DNA from: Auanema rhodensis
Taxonomy: Eukaryota; Animalia; Nematoda
Direction: 5' to 3'
DNA: 64,000 bases
NCBI GenBank assembly: GCA_964057225.1
Contig: OZ059899.1
Coordinates: forward strand, 558,001-622,000
In this document: positions 14,201-30,099 of the stretch, one piece after another
How positions within the stretch are numbered: position 1 is the stretch's first letter
Layout of the letters: each line of letters starts with the position of its first letter
The notes under the pieces: model-generated
The model's database searches: none
Told to the model about the DNA's origin: nothing
Seen by the model: only the letters and a program-made list of their open reading frames with translations
Translations under genes and position numbers: made by a program

Positions 14201-16541
14201 GACTTTGAAATTTACGTGAACTTCAATTTATGCTAATTAAATGTACACGTGATGTGCCCTTGGTATGTAACTCGCTTCACGTGAAAGATAAAGAGATGCG
14301 GTTTTCAAAATTAGATTCCCCATGTCAATATTAGTCTAAAAACAAATTTTTATTGATATTGGTGCATGGTAACCATGACTTTGAAATTTACGTGAACTTT
14401 AATTTATGCTAATTAAATGTACACGTGATGTGCCCTTGGTATGTAACTCGCTTCACGTGAAAGATAAAGAGATGCGGTTTTCAAAATTAGATTCCCCATG
14501 TCCATATTAGTCTAAAAACAAATTTTTATTGATATTGGTGCATGGTAACCATGACTTTCAAATTTACGTGAACTTTAATTTATGCTAATTAAATGTACAC
14601 GTGATGTGCCCTTGGTATGTAACTCGCTTCACGTGAAAGATAAAGAGATGCGGTTTTCAAAATTAGATTCCCCATGTCCATATTAGTCTAAAAACAAATT
14701 TTTATTGATATTGGTGCATGGTAACCATGACTTTGAAATTTACGTGAACTTTAATTTATGCTAATTAAATGTACACGTGATGTGCACTTGGTATGTAACT
14801 CGCTTCACGTGAAAGATAAAGAGATGCGGTTTTCAAAATTAGATTCCCCATGTCCATATTAGTCTAAAAACAAATTTTTATTGATATTGGTTCATGGTAA
14901 CCATGACTTTGAAATTTACGTGAACTTCAATTTATGCTAATTAAATGTACACGTGATGTGCACTTGGTATGTAACTCGCTTCACGTGAAAGATAAAGAGA
15001 TGCGGTTTCCAAAATTAGATTCCCCATGTCCATATTAGTCTAAAAACAAATTTTTATTGATATTGGTGCATGGTAACCATGACTTTGAAATTTACGTGAA
15101 CTTTAATTTATGCTAATTAAATGTACACGTGATGTGCACTTGGTATGTAACTCGCTTCACGTGAAAGATAAAGAGATGCGGTTTTCAAAATTAGATTCCC
15201 CATGTCCATATTAGTCTAAAAACAAATTTTTATTGATATTGGTTCATGGTAACCATGACTTTGAAATTTACGTGAACTTTAATTTATGCTAATTAAATGT
15301 ACACGTGATGTGCACTTGGTATGTAACTCGCTTCACGTGAAAGATAAAGAGATGCGGTTTTCAAAATTAGATACCCCATGTCCATATTAGTCTAAAAACA
15401 AATTTTTATTGATATTGGTTCATGGTAACCATGACTTTGAAATTTACGTGAACTTCAATTTATGCTAATTAAATGTACACGTGATGTGCACTTGGTATGT
15501 AACTCGCTTCACGTGAAAGATAAAGAGATGCGGTTTCCAAAATTAGATTCCCCATGTCCATATTAGTCTAAAAACAAATTTTTATTGATATTGGTGCATG
15601 GTAACCATGACTTTGAAATTTACGTGAACTTTAATTTATGCTAATTAAATGTACACGTGATGTGCACTTGGTATGTAACTCGCTTCACGTGAAAGATAAA
15701 GAGATGCGGTTTTCAAAATTAGATTCCCCATGTCCATATTAGTCTAAAAACAAATTTTTATTGATATTGGTTCATGGTAACCATGACTTTGAAATTTACG
15801 TGAACTTTAATTTATGCTAATTAAATGTACACGTGATGTGCACTTGGTATGTAACTCGCTTCACGTGAAAGATAAAGAGATGCGGTTTTCAAAATTAGAT
15901 TCCCCATGTCCATATTAGTCTAAAAACAAATTTTTATTGATATTGGTGCATGGTAACCATGACTTTGAAATTTACGTGAACTTTAATTTATGCTAATTAA
16001 ATGTACACGTGATGTGCCCTTGGTATGTAACTCGCTTCACGTGAAAGATAAAGAGATGCGGTTTTCAAAATTAGATTCCCCATGTCCATATTAGTCTAAA
16101 AACAAATTTTTATTGATATTGGTGCATGGTAACCATGACTTTGAAATTCACGTGAACTTTAATTTATGCTAATTAAATGTACACGTGATGTGCACTTGGT
16201 ATGTAACTCGCTTCACGTGAAAGATAAGAAGATGCGGTTTTCAAAATTAGATTCCCCATGTCCATATTAGTCTAAAAACAAATTTTTATTGATATTGGTG
16301 CATGGTAACCATGACTTTGAAATTTACGTGAACTTTAATTTATGCTAATTAAATGTACACGTGATGTGCCCTTGGTATGTAACTCGCTTCACGTAAAAGA
16401 TAAAGAGATGCGGTTTTCAAAATTAGATTCCCCATGTCCATATTAGTCTAAAAACAAATTTTTATTGATATTGGTTCATGGTAACCATGACTTTGAAATT
16501 TACGTGAACTTTAATTTATGCTAATTAAATGTACACGTGAT

Positions 16542-19500
16542 GTGCACTTGGTATGTAACTCGCTTCACGTGAAAGATAAAGAGATGCGGTTTTCAAAATT
16601 AGATACCCCATGTCCATATTAGTCTAAAAACAAATTTTTATTGATATTGGTTCATGGTAACCATGACTTTGAAATTTACGTGAACTTCAATTTATGCTAA
16701 TTAAATGTACACGTGATGTGCACTTGGTATGTAACTCGCTTCACGTGAAAGATAAAGAGATGCGGTTTCCAAAATTAGATTCCCCATGTCCATATTAGTC
16801 TAAAAACAAATTTTTATTGATATTGGTTCATGGTAACCATGACTTTGAAATTTACGTGAACTTCAATTTATGCTAATTAAATGTACACGTGATGTGCACT
16901 TGGTATGTAACTCGCTTCACGTGAAAGATAAAGAGATGCGGTTTTCAAAATTAGATTCCCCATGTCCATATTAGTCTAAAAACAAATTTTTATTGATATT
17001 GGTTCATGGTAACCATGACTTTGAAATTTACGTGAACTTTAATTTATGCTAATTAAATGTACACGTGATGTGCACTTGGTATGTAACTCGCTTCACGTGA
17101 AAGATAAAGAGATGCGGTTTTCAAAATTAGATTCCCCATGTCCATATTAGTCTAAAAACAAATTTTTATTGATATTGGTTCATGGTAACCATGACTTTGA
17201 AATTTACGTGAACTTCAATTTATGCTAATTAAATGTACACGTGATGTGCCCTTGGTATGTAACTCGCTTCACGTGAGAGATAAAGAGATGCGGTTTTCAA
17301 AATTAGATTCCCCATGTCCATATTAGTCTAAAAACAAATTTTTATTGATATTGGTTCATGGTAACCATGACTTTGAAATTTACGTGAACTTTAATTTATG
17401 CTAATTAAATGTACACGTGATGTGCACTTGGTATGTAACTCGCTTCACGTGAAAGATAAAGAGATGCGGTTTTCAAAATTAGATTCCCCATGTCAATATT
17501 AGTCTAAAAACAAATTTTTATTGATATTGGTGCATGGTAACCATGACTTTGAAATTTACGTGAACTTTAATTTATGCTAATTAAATGTACACGTGATGTG
17601 CCCTTGGTATGTAACTCGCTTCACGTGAAAGATAAAGAGATGCGGTTTTCAAAATTAGATTCCCCATGTCCATATTAGTCTAAAAACAAATTTTTATTGA
17701 TATTGGTGCATGGTAACCATGACTTTCAAATTTACGTGAACTTTAATTTATGCTAATTAAATGTACACGTGATGTGCCCTTGGTATGTAACTCGCTTCAC
17801 GTGAAAGATAAAGAGATGCGGTTTTCAAAATTAGATTCCCCATGTCCATATTAGTCTAAAAACAAATTTTTATTGATATTGGTGCATGGTAACCATGACT
17901 TTGAAATTTACGTGAACTTTAATTTATGCTAATTAAATGTACACGTGATGTGCACTTGGTATGTAACTCGCTTCACGTGAAAGATAAAGAGATGCGGTTT
18001 TCAAAATTAGATTCCCCATGTCCATATTAGTCTAAAAACAAATTTTTATTGATATTGGTGCATGGTAACCATGACTTTGAAATTTACGTGAACTTCAATT
18101 TATGCTAATTAAATGTACACGTGATGTGCACTTGGTATGTAACTCGCTTCACGTGAAAGATAAAGAGATGCGGTTTTCAAAATTAGATACCCCATGTCCA
18201 TATTAGTCTAAAAACAAATTTTTATTGATATTGGTTCATGGTAACCATGACTTTGAAATTTACGTGAACTTCAATTTATGCTAATTAAATGTACACGTGA
18301 TGTGCACTTGGTATGTAACTCGCTTCACGTGAAAGATAAAGAGATGCGGTTTCCAAAATTAGATTCCCCATGTCCATATTAGTCTAAAAACAAATTTTTA
18401 TTGATATTGGTTCATGGTAACCATGACTTTGAAATTTACGTGAACTTCAATTTATGCTAATTAAATGTACACGTGATGTGCACTTGGTATGTAACTCGCT
18501 TCACGTGAAAGATAAAGAGATGCGGTTTTCAAAATTAGATTCCCCATGTCCATATTAGTCTAAAAACAAATTTTTATTGATATTGGTTCATGGTAACCAT
18601 GACTTTGAAATTTACGTGAACTTTAATTTATGCTAATTAAATGTACACGTGATGTGCACTTGGTATGTAACTCGCTTCACGTGAAAGATAAAGAGATGCG
18701 GTTTTCAAAATTAGATTCCCCATGTCCATATTAGTCTAAAAACAAATTTTTATTGATATTGGTTCATGGTAACCATGACTTTGAAATTTACGTGAACTTC
18801 AATTTATGCTAATTAAATGTACACGTGATGTGCCCTTGGTATGTAACTCGCTTCACGTGAGAGATAAAGAGATGCGGTTTTCAAAATTAGATTCCCCATG
18901 TCCATATTAGTCTAAAAACAAATTTTTATTGATATTGGTTCATGGTAACCATGACTTTGAAATTTACGTGAACTTTAATTTATGCTAATTAAATGTACAC
19001 GTGATGTGCACTTGGTATGTAACTCGCTTCACGTGAAAGATAAAGAGATGCGGTTTTCAAAATTAGATTCCCCATGTCAATATTAGTCTAAAAACAAATT
19101 TTTATTGATATTGGTGCATGGTAACCATGACTTTGAAATTTACGTGAACTTTAATTTATGCTAATTAAATGTACACGTGATGTGCCCTTGGTATGTAACT
19201 CGCTTCACGTGAAAGATAAAGAGATGCGGTTTTCAAAATTAGATTCCCCATGTCCATATTAGTCTAAAAACAAATTTTTATTGATATTGGTGCATGGTAA
19301 CCATGACTTTCAAATTTACGTGAACTTTAATTTATGCTAATTAAATGTACACGTGATGTGCCCTTGGTATGTAACTCGCTTCACGTGAAAGATAAAGAGA
19401 TGCGGTTTTCAAAATTAGATTCCCCATGTCCATATTAGTCTAAAAACAAATTTTTATTGATATTGGTGCATGGTAACCATGACTTTGAAATTTACGTGAA

Positions 19501-19709
19501 CTTTAATTTATGCTAATTAAATGTACACGTGATGTGCACTTGGTATGTAACTCGCTTCACGTGAAAGATAAAGAGATGCGGTTTTCAAAATTAGATTCCC
19601 CATGTCCATATTAGTCTAAAAACAAATTTTTATTGATATTGGTTCATGGTAACCATGACTTTGAAATTTACGTGAACTTCAATTTATGCTAATTAAATGT
19701 ACACGTGAT
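16542..19709 (+). repeat. Higher-order tandem duplication of 9 monomers (1584 bp x2)
   Basis: TGTCAATA at 17495/19079 and CTTTCAAA at 17727/19311 recur at +1584. The same pair also lies at 14327/14559, 18 monomers before the first copy. Confidence 0.88.
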
Positions 19710-21293
19710 GTGCACTTGGTATGTAACTCGCTTCACGTGAAAGATAAAGAGATGCGGTTTCCAAAATTAGATTCCCCATGTCCATATTAGTCTAAAAACA
19801 AATTTTTATTGATATTGGTGCATGGTAACCATGACTTTGAAAATTACGTGAACTTTAATTTATGCTAATTAAATGTACACGTGATGTGCACTTGGTATGT
19901 AACTCGCTTCACGTGAAAGATAAAGAGATGCGGTTTTCAAAATTAGATTCCCCATGTCCATATTATTCTAAAAACAAATTTTTATTGATATTGGTTCATG
20001 GTAACCATGACTTTGAAATTTACGTGAACTTTAATTTATGCTAATTAAATGTACACGTGATGTGCACTTGGTATGTAACTCGCTTCACGTGAAAGATAAA
20101 GAGATGCGGTTTTCAAAATTAGATACCCCATGTCCATATTAGTCTAAAAACAAATTTTTTTTGATATTGGTTCATGGTAACCATGACTTTGAAATTTACG
20201 TGAACTTCAATTTATGCTAATTAAATGTACACGTGATGTGCACTTGGTATGTAACTCGCTTCACGTGAAAGATAAAGAGATGCGGTTTCCAAAATTAGAT
20301 TCCCCATGTCCATATTAGTCTAAAAACAAATTTTTATTGATATTGGTGCATGGTAACCATGACTTTGAAATTTACGTGAACTTTAATTTATGCTAATTAA
20401 ATGTACACGTGATGTGCACTTGGTATGTAACTCGCTTCACGTGAAAGATAAAGAGATGCGGTTTTCAAAATTAGATTCCCCATGTTCATATTAGTCTAAA
20501 AACAAATTTTTATTGATATTGGTTCATGGTAACCATGACTTTGAAATTTACGTGAACTTTAATTTATGCTAATTAAATGTACACGTGATGTGCACTTGGT
20601 ATGTAACTCGCTTCACGTGAAAGATAAAGAGATGCGGTTTTCAAAATTAGATTCCCCATGTCCATATTAGTCTAAAAACAAATTTTTATTGATATTGGTT
20701 CATGGTAACCATGACTTTGAAATTTACGTGAACTTCAATTTATGCTAATTAAATGTACACGTGATGTGCACTTGGTATGTAACTCGCTTCACGTGAAAGA
20801 TAAAGAGATGCGGTTTCCAAAATTAGATTCCCCATGTCCATATTAGTCTAAAAACAAATTTTTATTGATATTGGTGCATGGTAACCATGACTTTGAAAAT
20901 TACGTGAACTTTAATTTATGCTAATTAAATGTACACGTGATGTGCACTTGGTATGTAACTCGCTTCACGTGAAAGATAAAGAGATGCGGTTTTCAAAATT
21001 AGATTCCCCATGTCCATATTATTCTAAAAACAAATTTTTATTGATATTGGTTCATGGTAACCATGACTTTGAAATTTACGTGAACTTTAATTTATGCTAA
21101 TTAAATGTACACGTGATGTGCACTTGGTATGTAACTCGCTTCACGTGAAAGATAAAGAGATGCGGTTTTCAAAATTAGATACCCCATGTCCATATTAGTC
21201 TAAAAACAAATTTTTATTGATATTGGTTCATGGTAACCATGACTTTGAAATTTACGTGAACTTTAATTTATGCTAATTAAATGTACACGTGAT
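19534..21293 (+). repeat. Duplication with 6-monomer (1056 bp) offset; boundaries approximate
   Basis: GAAAATTACG at 19843/20899 and TATTATTC at 19966/21022. Confidence 0.8.
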
Positions 21294-24200
21294 GTGCACT
21301 TGGTATGTAACTCGCTTCACGTGAAAGATAAAGAGATGCGGTTTTCAAAATTAGATTCCCCATGTCCATATTAGTCTAAAAACAAATTTTTATTGATATT
21401 GGTTCATGGTAACCATGACTTTGAAATTTACGTGAACTTTAATTTATGCTAATTAAATGTACACGTGATGTGCACTTGGTATGTAACTCGCTTCACGTGA
21501 AAGATAAAGAGATGCGGTTTTCAAAATTAGATTCCCCATGTCCATATTAGTCTAAAAACAAATTTTTATTGATATTGGTGCATGGTAACCATGACTTTGA
21601 AATTTACGTGAACTTTAATTTATGCTAATTAAATGTACACGTGATGTGCCCTTGGTATGTAACTCGCTTCACGTGAAAGATAAAGAGATGCGGTTTTCAA
21701 AATTAGATTCCCCATGTCCACATTAGTCTAAAAACAAATTTTTATTGATATTGGTGCATGGTAACCATGACTTTGAAATTCACGTGAACTTTAATTTATG
21801 CTAATTAAATGTACACGTGATGTGCACTTGGTATGTAACTCGCTTCACGTGAAAGATAAAGAGATGCGGTTTTCAAAATTAGATACCCCATGTCCATATT
21901 AGTCTAAAAACAAATTTTTATTGATATTGGTTCATGGTAACCATGACTTTGAAATTTACGTGAACTTCAATTTATGCTAATTAAATGTACACGTGATGTG
22001 CACTTGGTATGTAACTCGCTTCACGTGAAAGATAAAGAGATGCGGTTTCCAAAATTAGATTCCCCATGTCCATATTAGTCTAAAAACAAATTTTTATTGA
22101 TATTGGTGCATGGTAACCATGACTTTGAAATTTACGTGAACTTTAATTTATGCTAATTAAATGTACACGTGATGTGCACTTGGTATGTAACTCGCTTCAC
22201 GTGAAAGATAAAGAGATGCGGTTTTCAAAATTAGATTCCCCATGTCCATATTAGTCTAAAAACAAATTTTTATTGATATTGGTTCATGGTAACCATGACT
22301 TTGAAATTTACGTGAACTTTAATTTATGCTAATTAAATGTACACGTGATGTGCACTTGGTATGTAACTCGCTTCACGTGAAAGATAAAGAGATGCGGTTT
22401 TCAAAATTAGATTCCCCATGTCCATATTAGTCTAAAAACAAATTTTTATTGATATTGGTGCATGGTAACCATGACTTTGAAATTTACGTGAACTTTAATT
22501 TATGCTAATTAAATGTACACGTGATGTGCCCTTGGTATGTAACTCGCTTCACGTGAAAGATAAAGAGATGCGGTTTTCAAAATTAGATTCCCCATGTCCA
22601 TATTAGTCTAAAAACAAATTTTTATTGATATTGGTGCATGGTAACCATGACTTTGAAATTCACGTGAACTTTAATTTATGCTAATTAAATGTACACGTGA
22701 TGTGCACTTGGTATGTAACTCGCTTCACGTGAAAGATAAAAAGATGCGGTTTTCAAAATTAGATTCCCCATGTCCATATTAGTCTAAAAACAAATTTTTA
22801 TTGATATTGGTGCATGGTAACCATGACTTTGAAATTTACGTGAACTTTAATTTATGCTAATTAAATGTACACGTGATGTGCCCTTGGTATGTAACTCGCT
22901 TCACGTAAAAGATAAAGAGATGCGGTTTTCAAAATTAGATTCCCCATGTCCATATTAGTCTAAAAACAAATTTTTATTGATATTGGTTCATGGTAACCAT
23001 GACTTTGAAATTTACGTGAACTTTAATTTATGCTAATTAAATGTACACGTGATGTGCACTTGGTATGTAACTCGCTTCACGTGAAAGATAAAGAGATGCG
23101 GTTTTCAAAATTAGATACCCCATGTCCATATTAGTCTAAAAACAAATTTTTATTGATATTGGTTCATGGTAACCATGACTTTGAAATTTACGTGAACTTC
23201 AATTTATGCTAATTAAATGTACACGTGATGTGCACTTGGTATGTAACTCGCTTCACGTGAAAGATAAAGAGATCCGGTTTCCAAAATTAGATTCCCCATG
23301 TCCATATTAGTCTAAAAACAAATTTTTATTGATATTGGTGCATGGTAACCATGACTTTGAAATTTACGTGAACTTTAATTTATGCTAATTAAATGTACAC
23401 GTGATGTGCACTTGGTATGTAACTCGCTTCACGTGAAAGATAAAGAGATGCGGTTTTCAAAATTAGATTCCCCATGTCCATATTAGTCAAAAAACAAATT
23501 TTTATTGATATTGGTGCATGGTAACCATGACTTTGAAATTTACGTGAACTTTAATTTATGCTAATTAAATGTACACGTGATGTGCACTTGGTATGTAACT
23601 CGCTTCACGTGAAAGATAAAGAGATGCGGTTTTCAAAATTAAATTCCCCATGTCCATATTAGTCTAAAAACAAATTTTTATTGATATTGGTGCATGGTAA
23701 CCATGACTTTGAAATTTACGTGAACTTTAATTTATGCTAATTAAATGTACACGTGATGTGCCCTTGGTATGTAACTCGCTTCACGTAAAAGATAAAGAGA
23801 TGCGGTTTTCAAAATTAGATTCCCCATGTCCATATTAGTCTAAAAACAAATTTTTATTGATATTGGTTCATGGTAACCATGACTTTGAAATTTACGTGAA
23901 CTTTAATTTATGCTAATTAAATGTACACGTGATGTGCACTTGGTATGTAACTCGCTTCACGTGAAAGATAAAGAGATGCGGTTTTCAAAATTAGATACCC
24001 CATGTCCATATTAGTCTAAAAACAAATTTTTATTGATATTGGTTCATGGTAACCATGACTTTGAAATTTACGTGAACTTCAATTTATGCTAATTAAATGT
24101 ACACGTGATGTGCACTTGGTATGTAACTCGCTTCACGTGAAAGATAAAGAGATGCGGTTTCCAAAATTAGATTCCCCATGTCCATATTAGTCTAAAAACA

Positions 24201-27200
24201 AATTTTTATTGATATTGGTGCATGGTAACCATGACTTTGAAATTTACGTGAACTTTAATTTATGCTAATTAAATGTACACGTGATGTGCACTTGGTATGT
24301 AACTCGCTTCACGTGAAAGATAAAGAGATGCGGTTTCCAAAATTAGATTCCCCATGTCCATATTAGTCTAAAAACAAATTTTTATTGATATTGGTGCATG
24401 GTAACCATGACTTTGAAATTTACGTGAACTTTAATTTATGCTAATTAAATGTACACGTGATGTGCACTTGGTATGTAACTCGCTTCACGTGAAAGATAAA
24501 GAGATGCGGTTTTCAAAATTAGATTCCCCATGTCCATATTAGTCTAAAAACAAATTTTTATTGATATTGGTTCATGGTAACCATGACTTTGAAATTTACG
24601 TGAACTTTAATTTATGCTAATTAAATGTACACGTGATGTGCACTTGGTATGTAACTCGCTTCACGTGAAAGATAAAGAGATGCGGTTTTCAAAATTAGAT
24701 ACCCCATGTCCATATTAGTCTAAAAACAAATTTTTATTGATATTGGTTCATGGTAACCATGACTTTGAAATTTACGTGAACTTCAATTTATGCTAATTAA
24801 ATGTACACGTGATGTGCACTTGGTATGTAACTCGCTTCACGTGAAAGATAAAGAGATGCGGTTTCCAAAATTAGATTCCCCATGTCCATATTAGTCTAAA
24901 AACAAATTTTTATTGATATTGGTGCATGGTAACCATGACTTTGAAATTTACGTGAACTTTAATTTATGCTAATTAAATGTACACGTGATGTGCACTTGGT
25001 ATGTAACTCGCTTCACGTGAAAGATAAAGAGATGCGGTTTTCAAAATTAGATTCCCCATGTCCATATTAGTCTAAAAACAAATTTTTATTGATATTGGTG
25101 CATGGTAACCATGACTTTGAAATTCACGTGAACTTTAATTTATGCTAATTAAATGTACACGTGATGTGCACTTGGTATGTAACTCGCTTCACGTGAAAGA
25201 TAAAGAGATGCGGTTTCCAAAATTAGATTCCCCATGTCCATATTAGTCTAAAAACAAATTTTTATTGATATTGGTTCATGGTAACCATGACTTTGAAATT
25301 TACGTGAACTTTAATTTATGCTAATTAAATGTACACGTGATGTGCACTTGGTATGTAACTCGCTTCACGTGAAAGATAAAGAGATGCGGTTTTCAAAATT
25401 AGATTCCCCATGTCCATATTAGTCTAAAAACAAATTTTTATTGATATTGGTGCATGGTAACCATGACTTTGAAATTTACGTGAACTTTAATTTATGCTAA
25501 TTAAATGTACACGTGATGTGCCCTTGGTATGTAACTCGCTTCACGTGAAAGATAAAGAGATGCGGTTTTCAAAATTAGATTCCCCATGTCCATATTAGTC
25601 TAAAAACAAATTTTTATTGATATTGGTGCATGGTAACCATGACTTTGAAATTCACGTGAACTTTAATTTATGCTAATTAAATGTACACGTGATGTGCACT
25701 TGGTATGTAACTCGCTTCACGTGAAAGATAAAAAGATGCGGTTTTCAAAATTAGATTCCCCATGTCCATATTAGTCTAAAAACAAATTTTTATTGATATT
25801 GGTGCATGGTAACCATGACTTTGAAATTTACGTGAACTTTAATTTATGCTAATTAAATGTACACGTGATGTGCCCTTGGTATGTAACTCGCTTCACGTAA
25901 AAGATAAAGAGATGCGGTTTTCAAAATTAGATTCCCCATGTCCATATTAGTCTAAAAACAAATTTTTATTGATATTGGTTCATGGTAACCATGACTTTGA
26001 AATTTACGTGAACTTTAATTTATGCTAATTAAATGTACACGTGATGTGCACTTGGTATGTAACTCGCTTCACGTGAAAGATAAAGAGATGCGGTTTTCAA
26101 AATTAGATACCCCATGTCCATATTAGTCTAAAAACAAATTTTTATTGATATTGGTTCATGGTAACCATGACTTTGAAATTTACGTGAACTTCAATTTATG
26201 CTAATTAAATGTACACGTGATGTGCACTTGGTATGTAACTCGCTTCACGTGAAAGATAAAGAGATGCGGTTTCCAAAATTAGATTCCCCATGTCCATATT
26301 AGTCTAAAAACAAATTTTTATTGATATTGGTGCATGGTAACCATGACTTTGAAATTTACGTGAACTTTAATTTATGCTAATTAAATGTACACGTGATGTG
26401 CACTTGGTATGTAACTCGCTTCACGTGAAAGATAAAGAGATGCGGTTTTCAAAATTAGATTCCCCATGTCCATATTAGTCAAAAAACAAATTTTTATTGA
26501 TATTGGTGCATGGTAACCATGACTTTGAAATTTACGTGAACTTTAATTTATGCTAATTAAATGTACACGTGATGTGCACTTGGTATGTAACTCGCTTCAC
26601 GTGAAAGATAAAGAGATGCGGTTTTCAAAATTAAATTCCCCATGTCCATATTAGTCTAAAAACAAATTTTTATTGATATTGGTGCATGGTAACCATGACT
26701 TTGAAATTTACGTGAACTTTAATTTATGCTAATTAAATGTACACGTGATGTGCCCTTGGTATGTAACTCGCTTCACGTAAAAGATAAAGAGATGCGGTTT
26801 TCAAAATTAGATTCCCCATGTCCATATTAGTCTAAAAACAAATTTTTATTGATATTGGTTCATGGTAACCATGACTTTGAAATTTACGTGAACTTTAATT
26901 TATGCTAATTAAATGTACACGTGATGTGCACTTGGTATGTAACTCGCTTCACGTGAAAGATAAAGAGATGCGGTTTTCAAAATTAGATACCCCATGTCCA
27001 TATTAGTCTAAAAACAAATTTTTATTGATATTGGTGCATGGTAACCATGACTTTGAAATTTACGTGAACTTTAATTTATGCTAATTAAATGTACACGTGA
27101 TGTGCACTTGGTATGTAACTCGCTTCACGTGAAAGATAAAGAGATGCGGTTTTCAAAATTAGATTCCCCATGTCCATATTAGTCAAAAAACAAATTTTTA

Positions 27201-30099
27201 TTGATATTGGTGCATGGTAACCATGACTTTGAAATTTACGTGAACTTTAATTTATGCTAATTAAATGTACACGTGATGTGCACTTGGTATGTAACTCGCT
27301 TCACGTGAAAGATAAAGAGATGCGGTTTTCAAAATTAAATTCCCCATGTCCATATTAGTCTAAAAACAAATTTTTATTGATATTGGTTCATGGTAACCAT
27401 GACTTTGAAATTTACGTGAACTTTAATTTATGCTAATTAAATGTACACGTGATGTGCACTTGGTATGTAACTCGCTTCACGTGAAAGATAAAGAGATGCG
27501 GTTTTCAAAATTAGATTCCCCATGTCCATATTAGTCTAAAAACAAATTTTTATTGATATTGGTGCATGGTAACCATGACTTTGAAATTTACGTGAACTTT
27601 AATTTATGCTAATTAAATGTACACGTGATGTGCACTTGGTATGTAACTCGCTTCACGTGAAAGATAAAGAGATGCGGTTTCCAAAATTAGATTCCCCATG
27701 TCCATATTAGTCTAAAAACAAATTTTTATTGATATTGGTGCATGGTAACCATGACTTTGAAATTTACGTGAACTTCAATTTATGCTAATTAAATGTACAC
27801 GTGATGTGCACTTGGTATGTAACTCGCTTCACGTGAAAGATAAAGAGATGCGGTTTCCAAAATTAGATTCCACATGTCCATATTAGTCTAAAAACAAATT
27901 TTTATTGATATTGGTGCATGGTAACCATGACTTTGAAATTTACGTGAACTTCAATTTATGCTAATTAAATGTACACGTGATGTGCACTTGGTATGTAACT
28001 CGCTTCACGTGAAAGATAAAGAGATGCGGTTTTCAAAATTAGATTCCACATGTCCATATTAGTCTAAAAACAAATTTTTATTGATATTGGTGCATGGTAA
28101 CCATGACTTTGAAATTTACGTGAACTTTAATTTATGCTAATTAAATGTACACGTGATGTGCACTTGGTATGTAACTCGCTTCACGTGAAAGATAAAGAGA
28201 TGCGGTTTTCAAAATTAGATTCCCCATGTCCATATTAGTCTAAAAACAAATTTTTATTGATATTGGTTCATGGTAACCATGACTTTGAAATTTACGTGAA
28301 CTTTAATTTATGCTAATTAAATGTACACGTGATGTGCACTTGGTATGTAACTCGCTTCACGTGAAAGATAAAGAGATGCGGTTTTCAAAATTAGATACCC
28401 CATGTCCATATTAGTCTAAAAACAAATTTTTATTGATATTGGTTCATGGTAACCATGACTTTGAAATTTACGTGAACTTCAATTTATGCTAATTAAATGT
28501 ACACGTGATGTGCACTTGGTATGTAACTCGCTTCACGTGAAAGATAAAGAGATGCGGTTTCCAAAATTAGATTCCCCATGTCCATATTAGTCTAAAAACA
28601 AATTTTTATTGATATTGGTGCATGGTAACCATGACTTTGAAATTTACGTGAACTTTAATTTATGCTAATTAAATGTACACGTGATGTGCACTTGGTATGT
28701 AACTCGCTTCACGTGAAAGATAAAGAGATGCGGTTTTCAAAATTAGATTCCCCATGTCCATATTAGTCTAAAAACAAATTTTTATTGATATTGGTTCATG
28801 GTAACCATGACTTTGAAATTTACGTGAACTTTAATTTATGCTAATTAAATGTACACGTGATGTGCACTTGGTATGTAACTCGCTTCACGTGAAAGATAAA
28901 GAGATGCGGTTTTCAAAATTAGATTCCCCATGTCCATATTAGTCTAAAAACAAATTTTTATTGATATTGGTGCATGGTAACCATGACTTTGAAATTTACG
29001 TGAACTTTAATTTATGCTAATTAAATGTACACGTGATGTGCCCTTGGTATGTAACTCGCTTCACGTGAAAGATAAAGAGATGCGGTTTTCAAAATTAGAT
29101 TCCCCATGTCCATATTAGTCTAAAAACAAATTTTTATTGATATTGGTGCATGGTAACCATGACTTTGAAATTCACGTGAACTTTAATTTATGCTAATTAA
29201 ATGTACACGTGATGTGCACTTGGTATGTAACTCGCTTCACGTGAAAGATAAAAAGATGCGGTTTTCAAAATTAGATTCCCCATGTCCATATTAGTCTAAA
29301 AACAAATTTTTATTGATATTGGTGCATGGTAACCATGACTTTGAAATTTACGTGAACTTTAATTTATGCTAATTAAATGTACACGTGATGTGCCCTTGGT
29401 ATGTAACTCGCTTCACGTAAAAGATAAAGAGATGCGGTTTTCAAAATTAGATTCCCCATGTCCATATTAGTCTAAAAACAAATTTTTATTGATATTGGTT
29501 CATGGTAACCATGACTTTGAAATTTACGTGAACTTTAATTTATGCTAATTAAATGTACACGCGATGTGCACTTGGTATGTAACTCGCTTCACGTGAAAGA
29601 TAAAGAGTTGCGGTTTTCAAAATTAGATACCCCATGTCCATATTAGTCTAAAAACAAATTTTTATTGATATTGGTTCATGGTAACCATGACTTTGAAATT
29701 TACGTGAACTTCAATTTATGCTAATTAAATGTACACGTGATGTGCACTTGGTATGTAACTCGCTTCACGTGAAAGATAAAGAGATGCGGTTTCCAAAATT
29801 AGATTCCCCATGTCCATATTAGTCTAAAAACAAATTTTTATTGATATTGGTGCATGGTAACCATGACTTTGAAATTTACGTGAACTTTAATTTATGCTAA
29901 TTAAATGTACACGTGATGTGCACTTGGTATGTAACTCGCTTCACGTGAAAGATAAAGAGATGCGGTTTTCAAAATTAGATTCCCCATGTCCATATTAGTC
30001 AAAAAACAAATTTTTATTGATATTGGTGCATGGTAACCATGACTTTGAAATTTACGTGAACTTTAATTTATGCTAATTAAATGTACACGTGATGTGCAC

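Noticed and set aside
19862-21100. Two identical 60-aa ORFs (19862-20044 and 20918-21100)
   Set aside because: A single TAG-to-TAT variant (19966/21022) copied by a 6-monomer duplication; these are not independent genes.
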